A DNA stretch of 62,123 nucleotides, the filler included, from Vannella sp. (taxonomy: Eukaryota): NCBI GenBank assembly GCA_023345925.1. It is 6 parts of 6 records of this genome, joined end to end, with 100 filler letters (N's around TTAATTAATTAA, not from the genome) between each part and the next. Parts side by side here need not be neighbours in the genome. Positions count along the whole stretch, not along the records: positions 1 to 8,908 come from JAJQQN010001089.1; positions 9,009 to 27,476 come from JAJQQN010001210.1; 4 more parts are not named here. One strand, 5' to 3'. Every line of letters starts with the position of its first letter. Position 1 is the stretch's first letter. Made by a program: the position numbers and the translations under genes. The notes under the pieces are model-generated. The model saw only the letters and a list, made by a program, of their open reading frames with translations, searched no databases and was not told the origin of the DNA. Below, one piece after another: positions 1 through 9,428 of this stretch.

Positions 1-3000
1 ATTTGCTGCTATGGCATAATGGATGAGATCAGGAAGCCGCTGAGGGTTCTGTTCGAGATAGTCTGTGAAGAGCATCTCAGCAAACCCTTGCAAATGCGGT
101 CCGCGAGCAGAAAACTCCATTGCAAACTGTTCGAAACGTGCATATTCGCTGGTAAGAGGAGTGTGAGTAATAAGTGCTCGAACGACCTCCACCGCGGCTG
201 AAAATAAGGCAGTTTCGATGGGTTTGGGGTGGGCAGAAGGAGGAGGAAGGATCTTCTTGATCTTCTTGATCACAAAAAACACTTGAGTGTCTTGGGTCTC
301 GCCTTGCTGAGCCACAGGGAGGATCTCATTCAAGTTTGGTCGATAAAGCAAGCAACTACGGATAATCAGAAGAATGTCCCGCTTCGCTGCGATAGAGAGC
401 TTCCCCAACGCACTCGAGCGCCCAGAGAACCAACTCAGAACTAGTTTCTGGAAGTGAGTCCGCACGTTCAAGTCATCGTCGCTGAATGCATCAGGGTTCA
501 TGAACGATATCTGTCGAGCAAGAAGAGCGAGCAAGTCCCCATCGGTAGCCAAATCTGTTGGAAGCTCCTCAGAAACTCTCGGAGAGACAACTTCTCTAGT
601 GGCAGTTGTCTCATTGAAGAGGCGCCGCATTTGAGTGTCATAGCAAGAAGGGTGAATGGTCTCCATGATAGTGAGAAGCTGTAGTTGGTTAAAATGGCAC
701 TCCTTCAACGCAGTCGAAGTGAATTCAAACCAACGGTTGATCGTACTCTCAGGTAGAAAGTGATATTTGCATTCAAAAGCAAGTCCTGGTGGGGCCAGCC
801 GGGGCAACAGCGAAAGGAACTTTCCAAAATGGACGACTTCGTCAGGTAGAACCTGATGCGACTGGGCAACTCCTTTTCGAAACGTAGGGAGAAGTGTCCG
901 GTACAGCTCAGACCATGCCCAGTTCACTGACAAGTAAAGGCGATCGTAGTTCTCTTCAAGAATCTTCGGCAGCTCCGATAGGAGTGCAGAAACAGCGTTA
1001 TTGCCCTGGGCAGTGGAATCACCCAGAGGGAGACTGCTGAGGCAATCAATGAGATAGAGTGATTGCCGAGCATTCTCCAATTGCTTGAGCTGTGGGCTAC
1101 TCAACTGGCGAAGAAGTTGAGTAGCAGTGGAGCGAATCCAGTCCGTTGGATGGAGAAGCCAAATCAGAAGAGAACCTTCAAGTTGACTTCGAACCAAAGT
1201 TAGTTTGTCTCCTACAACATGCTCAAAGTTGAACCCAGAATCGACTGCCTGCTCGACACATCCAAGGAGTGCAGCGAGGTTGTAGAATACCCTCCGAAGC
1301 GCGTACTCGTTGTAATGCAAGTACTGCACGGTGTGTTTCAGTATTGTAGACAACACGAAAGTCAAGTGGGATCCTGGATTGATCAATACGTAGTCGCGGA
1401 GGGCAAAGAGAGCAGCATCAGCGACATGTGTCATCGAAGACACGCTCAATTCACAGATACGGTCAGCAAGAGAAAGGTGTTTGGGGGCTTCTCCATCTAC
1501 GTAGGGGAAGCAACCAATTGCAGTGGTGAGGAAGATCTCTACGAGGTCACTCTCCACCTTTTCATCTGCAAGAGTACGAGGCGATTGATTGGGCTTTCTG
1601 GTACCTCGAGAAGGAGGCTCTACTTTCGTCTCCGCCATGATTTTAGCAAACTCTTCCTCTCTTTCTTTGAATACTCTCATGGGCTGAGGGACTGTTGCAG
1701 AGAGCGCCTGGAATAAGGCAGAGCAATTCTTATCGTTGAGAGCGCAAACAGGATCCATCGCAACGTCACGCAAAATGCTCGCCCCGATGTACTTGACGCT
1801 CAAGTCATCGTGCTCCAGATAAGAGCAGACCAGCTTTGCTGCCTGAGGGAGAGCTAAATGCCCGATATCAATCCCCAAATCCACTAAAAGGTCACTTGTC
1901 TCTGAGGTGACAACCTCTCCCACAGGAAGGATCAATTGATCCACAATAACGTCTAGCAGAGTCGCCAAAGACTCTGATAAACTGAACGGAGTGACATCAC
2001 TGAACTTCAGATAAGACAGGAAGTCCCTGAGGATCAAGAAAAGCTCATGCCCTTTGAAGGTCCCAATGATGGAACGGAGAATGCTGTCAGCGAAAGTATC
2101 CCTTGTTGCATTGCGAGCAAAGCCGAGAATGACAGCAAGTAGGCGGTAGATTGCATTGCGGGCGACTGACTTTCCCTTGATGGCCTTTGCCCACTTCTGT
2201 ACCTGCGTGAAGATGCTCTCGATAAGCCGCCAGAACCGGACGGACTCGTCCGAGCCGCAGAATTTCTTCCAAGCCTTCTCCTCTTCTCTGTTGGTTGTCT
2301 CCTGAGGAACTATCTTAGAGAGGATGTAGATGAGTGACTCGCAGATCTCTTTCCGCGAGATCTCCTTCGTGGCAGCCTCCATGGCGTCCGATTGGTAAGT
2401 GAGATAGACCATTGTGCTGTCCCTTTGGATAGAGCGCACCACGCCAAAGTCAAACTCTCTGACTACCTGTTGGAATAGCTTGAACTGCTCCCCGCTCAGC
2501 TTGGCCGTCTTGAGACGCGCCATGATGAACTCGCAAAGTTCCAAGAGCTGGAACTTGGACGTCGCTGCCACACAGAGGGAGACCTCATTCCAGCGTCCTG
2601 TTATGATGGCTATCAACATCTAACCGCTCTTACTGCTCCCATTCGCTTCACCTACGCAGAGTATTGGCTGTGCTCAGCTTGGACAGCAGAAACTCGAAAA
2701 GATGCTCCCGGATGTTCCAGTCGATGCTTGAGCTATGTCTAAGGATGGTTAGAGACTCACGGACGATGAAAGGTAGAGCAGAAGTCCGTACAATGAGCTG
2801 CGAGCTTCCAAGACAAGCAGAAGGGTGTGGAGGATGAAGAAACTCATCGTCTTGTCCTCGGGCTCTCTGCTCACTCTTTCAGGAGAGCTCTTGGTCATTC
2901 TGTCTAAGTCTGTCGTCGATCCTTCGGGGATGGCCTCCGTAAAGGGCCCTTTCCGTGAGTTAGAAAGACTTTTCTCCTTTGAGAGGACAGGAGGGTACGT

Positions 3001-3404
3001 ACCCTCAAGAGCAAGGAGCCTTGGGATAACAAAGGAGAAGTAAGAACGAGAGATGACAACAATGAAGCCTTGGAGGACCTCCATGGCGTGCTCGAGGCGA
3101 CGGTAACTTCGAGTCCTCAGCTGTCGCTGGTTAGGAAGGTTGTAGGCAAGAAAGCACAGTGCTTACCTCTTGTACTTGCTCTTTGATACGAGCAGGCACT
3201 TCAAGGCTCGACCCAGATTGTAGATAACGAGCGTACATGATCGATTCAAGTTGAAGTACGACATCCCTGCCCATTCCCTGCCATCAGTGACCTCCAACAG
3301 GACTCTGAAGCTCCAGCAACATACCGTGCATGCGTTGGGACCTTAACTACAGAACCGCCACTATCCCCCAACGAGCGCGGCTCGGACACCGCCAAGTCTC
3401 CCAT
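1..3404 (-). CDS. Furry/Tao3/Mor2-like HEAT-repeat cell-polarity scaffold, 3' end truncated by window edge
   Basis: ATG at 3404, several short exons with GT-AG introns, then a long exon from about 2609 whose frame matches the open frame at position 1 (middle only spot-checked; absent from the ORF track, consistent with no stop in the window). Segments such as FFILHTLLLVLE, FWRLIESIFTQVQKWAK, KYIGASILRDVA and YLEQNPQRLPDLIHY resemble MOR2-PAG1 domains. Confidence 0.6.
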
Positions 3405-3471
3405 CCGCCCCCACAATGACTTCTTTTCCTTCTTTATAATGTACAGACGGCAACCTGACGCGTCACCGACG

Positions 3472-3532
3472 CTATGAGAGATGGAGGAGGGTCCTATGAG
3501 ATGGAGGAGGGTCCTATGAGAGATGGAGGAGG
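3472..3532. repeat. Triplicated 20-22 bp unit (CTATGAGAGATGGAGGAGGGTC) copying the last codons and stop of the SNF2 gene
   Basis: Copies at 3472-3493, 3494-3513 and 3514-3532. Confidence 0.9.
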
Positions 3533-6500
3533 ATTTTGAGGGAATTGTGACAAAGGTCCTTCATGAACAGGGCGTCTTGATACACTAAAGAGGTCTCCAC
3601 GTTGTAAGTGCAAGCATTGCGGAAGAGAAGGTCCATGTCTTCACGGAACTGGAGAGGAGAAGTGTAGAAGTTGTCCATGATGCGTTGGCGGATGATGGTG
3701 AGATCAATGGGCTGGCGGATGAACTGGTAGTAATCGGGGTAGTCCAGCTTGCTGGGCAGTTCTAGGAAGAGGTAGCTCCTCTCCCTCTGGTGTTCGTCTT
3801 TGCAGTTCCGAACCTCGTTCCAAACCGTCATTAACTTGCTGGTGAGCACATCGTCCACGGGTGGCTCCACCACCTTTCTCTTCTTCTGAGAGGAAGCCGA
3901 CCGCTTTTTGCGTTTGGGAGGAGGAGATTCAGTTGATACTTCACGAGAACGAGACCGTTTCTTCCTATTCGCGATTTTCTTCTGAACCACTTCTTCTTGT
4001 TCCTGTTCTTGCTCCTGTTCCTGTTCCTCCTCCTCTTTACTGCTCATATACTCATCTGCATCAAACTCTCCTGTTGACTGCAAGGAACTATCAAGCTCGT
4101 AGTTGACATCACCGCGTTGGCGAAGTCCGCGACCATACACAACGTCACCCAAATCCTCCTCCACTGGTGGCTTCACTGTGAACCACTCAGGGAGTTCATC
4201 CTCTTGCATTAGTAATGGAGGAAGTGGTCCCGTTTGTCCGGCATTGTGCCACTCCTCCAATCGCCGTTGGGCATCTTCCTTGTCCATTGTCTGGAAGAGT
4301 TCAAACTCTTCGACGCCCCTTGAGATTAAGCGATTGAAGCGTTCTGGCGACGCTACCTGAGAGTCATCCTCTGTTGAGGAGGTATCTGATTGAAGCAAAC
4401 GCAAGAGGAACTCGCGCCGTTCGCCCACGCTTGAGTTATTATTGAACATTCCCGCTTGGATAATCTTCTTATCCACATCAAGCTTGTGGTTGGCGCGGCC
4501 GAGGATATCCTCTTCCACAGAAGCGATCGTTATCAGGCGGAAAACAGAAACCTCTCTCTTCTGACCAATGCGGTGGGCACGGTCCATGGCTTGAAGATCC
4601 ATTTGCGGGTTCCAGTCCGAGTCGAAGATAACGACCGTATCAGCAGCTTGTAGATTCAACCCTTGCCCTCCAGCACGGGTACTCAAGATGAACACAAAAT
4701 AGGGTGAATCAGGCGCATTGAAGAGATCTGGTAATGAGCCGCGGTTTTCTGAAGCGGTGGAGCCATCAAGTCGGAGGAAGGGATAGCCCCTGAGGGTCAT
4801 GAGATCGCCCAGAATAGTCATCACTTCGGTCATTTGAGAGAATATGAGGACTCGGTGTCCAGTCGCCTTGAGTTTCTTTAGGAGGTTGTCTAATAGCTGG
4901 AATTTGCCAGCACACCGAACCATGTCTTCGTCAATGTGATAGTCATGAGTGTGGCAGAGATAGGGATGATTGCAGACCTTCCTCAGCTCCATTAGCGTGT
5001 TGTTCAGCTTTTGTTTGGCAGATTTCTTGACCTTGGTTGGATCACAGAGAACGATTCCGTGACTGGCAACGTTATCGTAAAGGCGGCGTTGCATGGCAGA
5101 CATTGAACATCTGATGACACGCTCTACCTTTCCTGGGAGTTGATCCTCGACATCAGTCTTGAGGCGTCGAAGGAGGAAGGGGCGGAGAACTTTGTGCAGG
5201 CGATGGATAATCAGTGTCGTCTCTTCCTCTGTCATTTCTGACCGCTCCCCAGCAGCAGCAAACGGAGCAGCAAACCAGTTCTGGAAGTTATCGACAGAGT
5301 TGAAAATAGTTGGAAGAATGAAGTTCAAAAGGGACCACAATTCAGGAAGAGAGTTTTGAAGAGGAGTGCCTGTCAGGAGAACTCGGTAGCGCGATTTGTA
5401 GAACTTTGTGAGTGTCTGATTCAGTTTTGAGTTGGCGTTCTTGATGCGATGACCTTCGTCAATGATAATGTACGCCCAGTCGACCTTGGAGAGATTCGTT
5501 TTGTCTCGGGTGATAAACTCGTACGTGGTCACCACTACGTTGAACTTCCCAGGAGCAATCTGGCTGGTGTAGAGAGCTTTCCGAGTATTTACTCCGCTTC
5601 CTTTGTATGGCACAGTGATGACCGAAGGCGCCCAATGCTTCAGTTCGTTGAGCCAGTTTTGAAGCACAGCAAGGGGGGCAATGATGAGAAAAGGACCGTT
5701 GCATCCCTTACTCTCTATCAGATATGTGATCAACGCAATCGTTTGGATGGTCTTGCCGAGTCCCATTTCGTCTGCCAGGACCCCGTTCAAGTTGTTGTTG
5801 TACAAAGAGACCATCCACTGTAGCCCACGCATTTGATAAGCCTTGAGCTGGCCACCAGTGAGAATGGTCGGTTGTTTTGTGACCTCCTCTGTGATGGTGT
5901 GCGCCGTGGTGTAGTAAGTCTTAGTTGATTCTGCCTGCTTAGCTTCTTCCTCTTCCCTTGCAGCAAGTGCTTTGCGCTCTTCCTCGGTCATCTCGGACAG
6001 ATTCCACTTCCGTGGTGCTACAACAACTGGATCACTTGGACCGCCCACCTTGGCTTGAAGAACTTTCGCCCCAATCTGGCTCAAGTAATCGTCTGTTTGG
6101 TCGAGAAGTTGTGATAGGCGGTCGTTCTTTGTCTGGTCAAGCAATTTACGATAGGCCACCTCGTCATGCTCTTTAAGAGCTTTCATTCTCTCCTTCTCTT
6201 GTTTCTCTCTGAGCTGTTCCTCTCTACGAGCTTTGGCTTGATGGTAAGTCATCAATTGGCGGTGAATCTTCTTCCACTTGACATTTTGAGCCAATTGGGT
6301 CTCTTTCAGTAACTTTGCTTGCCCAATGACTGTCGTGAGGAATGTCTTCTCCTTGGATTGTTTTAGCTGCTGAGAGGCTCGCCCTTTATCCATTCGAGGG
6401 TTCTTTCGTTTTCCATGAAGAGGTGTTGGTGTTGGTGTTTTGTTCTCCCTCACTCGACGAAGAGTTTGATTTATGTCCAATCGACACTGGAGCTGGACTG

Positions 6501-7689
6501 GGAAGAGTTTAAGCTGTGCCAACTCCACCTTCTCCTCCAAACTCAGAGCGCCAAGACCTCCAAGATCTTGTGACTTTTTGATGAGTTCTTGAGATTCCAA
6601 GAGCATAAGGGACCGAAGACGCTTCTCTCGATCGTTCATCAGAGTTGGGACATCAAAAGAGAAGACAGGCGGTCCAGGGGAAGGTACGGTCAACGGTAGA
6701 GGATTGAAAGCCCCTCTCCTAGATGCTGCTGACTCTGCTGCGGGAGTCTTCTTCGTAGCAGCCTTTCTTTTGCTGACTTTGGCCTGCTTCGAAGGCGCTG
6801 GTTGAGGTGTTGGGGCTCGTTGCGTGCTGGGATAGCCCACTTGCCCACCATGGTGTTGTAACTGTCCTTGTACAGGATAGCCGTAGGAAGTACGAGGTTG
6901 TCCAGGGCTCTGGCATGCAGCTAAGATCTCGGGAGGGATGGGTTGGTTGTTGATGATGTGCTTGAAAGTGGCGATCTGAGCTCGGAGCTGGTGGACCTGA
7001 TCTGTTCCGAAGAGCGCAGTGCCAGATGGAGAAGGGGCGTTGGCTCGGCCAAAGAAAGACGCTGCACCAGGGCGAGGACCCAAAGAGGTACCACCAACGG
7101 GCATCAGTTGGGCGGACGGTGGAGCGTTGGGATTGTACAACGGACCGTTGAAGCCATGTGAAGGTACTCTGCCAGGCGCAACAGGGAAGCGCTGGGCTCT
7201 CTGTGCGTATCCTTGGGAAGAGGGCGGGTATCCTCCAGTTGCGAGTGGGTTGTGTGGTGGATAGCCTCCTTGGTGGCCATGTAGCGAGGGCTCAGACGAA
7301 CCAAAGGATTTGGCGTGCTGGACTACAGCAGGAGGTTGAGCAGTAGGTTGGAAGACAGGCATGGGAGGTGGCTCGCTGGTCAGGAGAGGTTTAACTGCAA
7401 CAGGTGGAGCGCCATGCACGGGGAGAGGAGGGGGAGGTGTAGGTCCTCTTGTCTCCTGTGCTAATGGTGCCTGAGCTGGCGGTGTAGCAACGATGCCAGA
7501 AGTAACCAGCGCTTGCTGTAGAACATCACGTTCCTGTAACTTGAGCACACCAATCAAGTTACGGTAAGACTCTGTGTCCGTTTGCCCTGTATTCTTGAGG
7601 TTCTGGATAGTGTGAAGAACCTTGATGATCTGATCAAGAGAAAGAGGGCCATGAGGAGGAACTCTTTCGAGAGGACGAGGGGGATCCAT
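3514..7689 (-). CDS. SNF2: SWI/SNF ATPase Snf2/BRG1-like (QLQ, HSA, SNF2 helicase, SnAC, bromodomain)
   Basis: 1391-aa intronless ORF; QLQ (QVHQLRAQI), LADEMGLGKT, IIDEGHR, STRAGGQGLNLQ, QAMDRAHRIGQ, C-terminal bromodomain (DYYQFIRQPIDL...NACTYN). Confidence 0.96.
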   Translation of the reverse strand: MDPPRPLERVPPHGPLSLDQIIKVLHTIQNLKNTGQTDTESYRNLIGVLKLQERDVLQQALVTSGIVATPPAQAPLAQETRGPTPPPPLPVHGAPPVAVKPLLTSEPPPMPVFQPTAQPPAVVQHAKSFGSSEPSLHGHQGGYPPHNPLATGGYPPSSQGYAQRAQRFPVAPGRVPSHGFNGPLYNPNAPPSAQLMPVGGTSLGPRPGAASFFGRANAPSPSGTALFGTDQVHQLRAQIATFKHIINNQPIPPEILAACQSPGQPRTSYGYPVQGQLQHHGGQVGYPSTQRAPTPQPAPSKQAKVSKRKAATKKTPAAESAASRRGAFNPLPLTVPSPGPPVFSFDVPTLMNDREKRLRSLMLLESQELIKKSQDLGGLGALSLEEKVELAQLKLFPVQLQCRLDINQTLRRVRENKTPTPTPLHGKRKNPRMDKGRASQQLKQSKEKTFLTTVIGQAKLLKETQLAQNVKWKKIHRQLMTYHQAKARREEQLREKQEKERMKALKEHDEVAYRKLLDQTKNDRLSQLLDQTDDYLSQIGAKVLQAKVGGPSDPVVVAPRKWNLSEMTEEERKALAAREEEEAKQAESTKTYYTTAHTITEEVTKQPTILTGGQLKAYQMRGLQWMVSLYNNNLNGVLADEMGLGKTIQTIALITYLIESKGCNGPFLIIAPLAVLQNWLNELKHWAPSVITVPYKGSGVNTRKALYTSQIAPGKFNVVVTTYEFITRDKTNLSKVDWAYIIIDEGHRIKNANSKLNQTLTKFYKSRYRVLLTGTPLQNSLPELWSLLNFILPTIFNSVDNFQNWFAAPFAAAGERSEMTEEETTLIIHRLHKVLRPFLLRRLKTDVEDQLPGKVERVIRCSMSAMQRRLYDNVASHGIVLCDPTKVKKSAKQKLNNTLMELRKVCNHPYLCHTHDYHIDEDMVRCAGKFQLLDNLLKKLKATGHRVLIFSQMTEVMTILGDLMTLRGYPFLRLDGSTASENRGSLPDLFNAPDSPYFVFILSTRAGGQGLNLQAADTVVIFDSDWNPQMDLQAMDRAHRIGQKREVSVFRLITIASVEEDILGRANHKLDVDKKIIQAGMFNNNSSVGERREFLLRLLQSDTSSTEDDSQVASPERFNRLISRGVEEFELFQTMDKEDAQRRLEEWHNAGQTGPLPPLLMQEDELPEWFTVKPPVEEDLGDVVYGRGLRQRGDVNYELDSSLQSTGEFDADEYMSSKEEEEQEQEQEQEQEEVVQKKIANRKKRSRSREVSTESPPPKRKKRSASSQKKRKVVEPPVDDVLTSKLMTVWNEVRNCKDEHQRERSYLFLELPSKLDYPDYYQFIRQPIDLTIIRQRIMDNFYTSPLQFREDMDLLFRNACTYNVETSLVYQDALFMKDLCHNSLKILLHLS

Positions 7690-8321
7690 CAGTTGAGGCG
7701 GGTGAAGCTGTGTGTGGGTCTAAAAATGCCAATAAATTGGAATAAACGTCCTGCGCAAGTGCGAAGCCAGGAAAGCGACCGAACTAAACAGAAACGGAAG
7801 GCAGAGAAGCACCCAGAAAGGAGGCGCTTGAAAAGTGCTGGAGAGGAATTTTGGTTTGGCGACACCCTACCCTTTGGCGCCAAAGTTCCCGCTCCGCGGT
7901 AATGTCCATGGTTTAGGGAGCATCAAGGATCCCCGCACAGTTGAGTCTGAGGGCTGTTGAGCTGAATGAAGACCATGACGGAACAACACACCAAAGGCGA
8001 CCTCTCCCCAACGAAGCTGCGATTGGTGCAAACGAACTAATCACAGGCGATAAATGCGAACTTATTGTAAATGCACAATAATTGTGCAGAGTTGCGGCTC
8101 GTTGTTTTCATATGGAAGGTCACCCACTTCCTACAACCTTTCTCCGCATCAAACCTCCATCAGGGCCTGAATGCTGCATTCTTCCTCATCAAACCTTGAA
8201 CAAATGATTGGACAAGGGACACCAGGAAAGAAGGAAAGAAGGGTACGAAAGGCTTTTAGAGGTCTTTGCAGGAGATTCGTATGAAACCCTCGATCAACTG
8301 CACTGTGAGCAGCAGTGCAGT

Positions 8322-8390
8322 GCCGAAGTTGTCTCAAGGCGCCCAAGAGGAAGCTTTTCCTTGGTGCCCTTCATGTTGTTTCATACTCGT
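8322..8390 (-). promoter_or_regulatory. SECIS element in the 3' UTR of the selenoprotein gene
   Basis: Minus strand ATGA-agggcaccaagg-AA-aagcttcctcttgggcgcctt-GA: ATGA-N12-AA-N21-GA with an approximately 11-bp helix II, about 50 nt after the stop of a gene with in-frame TGA. Confidence 0.8.
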
Positions 8391-8422
8391 CTTTGCTCGG
8401 ACCATAGCCGCCTCTGGGTTCG

Positions 8423-8780
8423 TTATAGGAGAGTACACCAGTTGACTGCGGGCTCGAAGGTTGGTACTGTACCTTCGGCTTCGAACTGTTGTATGGCTTG
8501 GATGACCTCCGCTGTTGTGGGGAACCGTTCTGTCTCAAACTTGGAGAAGAGAACAGTCTGCTGCTTCTCGTTGTCAGCTTGATAGCTAACCACAAAAGCA
8601 CCTCGCCTTGGGCGCTCAGGGTTTCCGGAGACCTTGAAGCGGGTTCCGAACTGTACTTCAATCGCTCTGCTCAAGCTCATGAAGCGGGATCCATATCCTC
8701 AGGATGTACTGTGCCACTCATTAGTACGGCAAAGAAGGCCACCAGGACACATACCAATACTCAACAATAATCTGGGGCAT
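8423..8780 (-). CDS. Rdx-family (SelW/MIEN1-like) selenoprotein, CxxU motif, C-terminal CaaX
   Basis: Exon 1 8780-8755, intron 8754-8709, exon 2 8708-8423 give MPQIIVEYCTS-U-GYGSRF...PRRGAFVV...LFSKFETERFP...WCTLL (103 aa); TGA at 8701-8699 falls at the Rdx CxxU position. Confidence 0.88.
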
Positions 8781-8908
8781 GTTCCAAGTTTCGGGCCAAA
8801 AAGGAATGAATTTTCGTCAGAATTTTCGAGGACATTCTGATTGGTCCATTGCATTGCATCCCTCTTCATGACGGGGAGCTTCCTCTCGCTTCTGCTCTCC
8901 TTTTTGTT

Positions 8909-9008
8909 NNNNNNNNNNNNNNNNNNNNNNNNNNNNNNNNNNNNNNNNNNNNTTAATTAATTAANNNNNNNNNNNNNNNNNNNNNNNNNNNNNNNNNNNN
9001 NNNNNNNN
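8909..9008. other. Artificial contig linker (N44-TTAATTAATTAA-N44)
   Basis: 100-nt N spacer with a six-frame stop core, repeated five times in the window. Confidence 0.98.
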
Positions 9009-9333
9009 GTAACTACTATAGTAACCTTCCCGTCCTGCAATGGGTACCCGCGCGCGAGAGGTTACACTTTCGCTCTCTCCTTGTTGACCAGAGGCAGAAT
9101 CCCCTTCCTCCTCCCCCTCCTCAGAGGTACCTGCACTCGAGCCGTCCATGACCAGCCAGTCGAGCCATCCCAAAGCAGCAGAGAGGAATCTAACTGAACT
9201 CGCCACCTCAGGAGGATTCATGGAGAACGTCTCCATGACCTTCACCTTTCTCCCTTTCCTCCCCTTTTGCGTACTGTTCCCCAGAGATGCCTCCGAAGTA
9301 GCCATGGAGCTGTGCCGGGCCCATCCAAAATGA
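9009..9333 (+). CDS. Possible 3' fragment of an unknown gene
   Basis: Putative intron ending ttgaccag near 9090 followed by an open Ser/Pro-rich frame ending at TGA 9333; no recognisable domain. Confidence 0.25.
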
Positions 9334-9428
9334 AGTCAGAAACCGAGAAAGAAGCCAGAAGCAGATACAATCATAATTATACAATTAGTGTGGTCTGCCG
9401 AGGTCATTTCCTGTCTCCTTGCTGTGAG

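Noticed and set aside
2610..2655. Apparent in-frame TAG in the Furry-like gene
   Set aside because: A 46-nt GT-AG intron using the downstream acceptor removes it and restores the frame.
8699..8701. Genome-wide UGA reassignment
   Set aside because: Other genes end at TGA (e.g. 11110, 13846, 35360) and long ORFs contain no in-frame TGA; the local SECIS explains this case.
8953..8964. TTAATTAATTAA motif recurring five times
   Set aside because: Always centred in N runs; an artificial six-frame stop linker.
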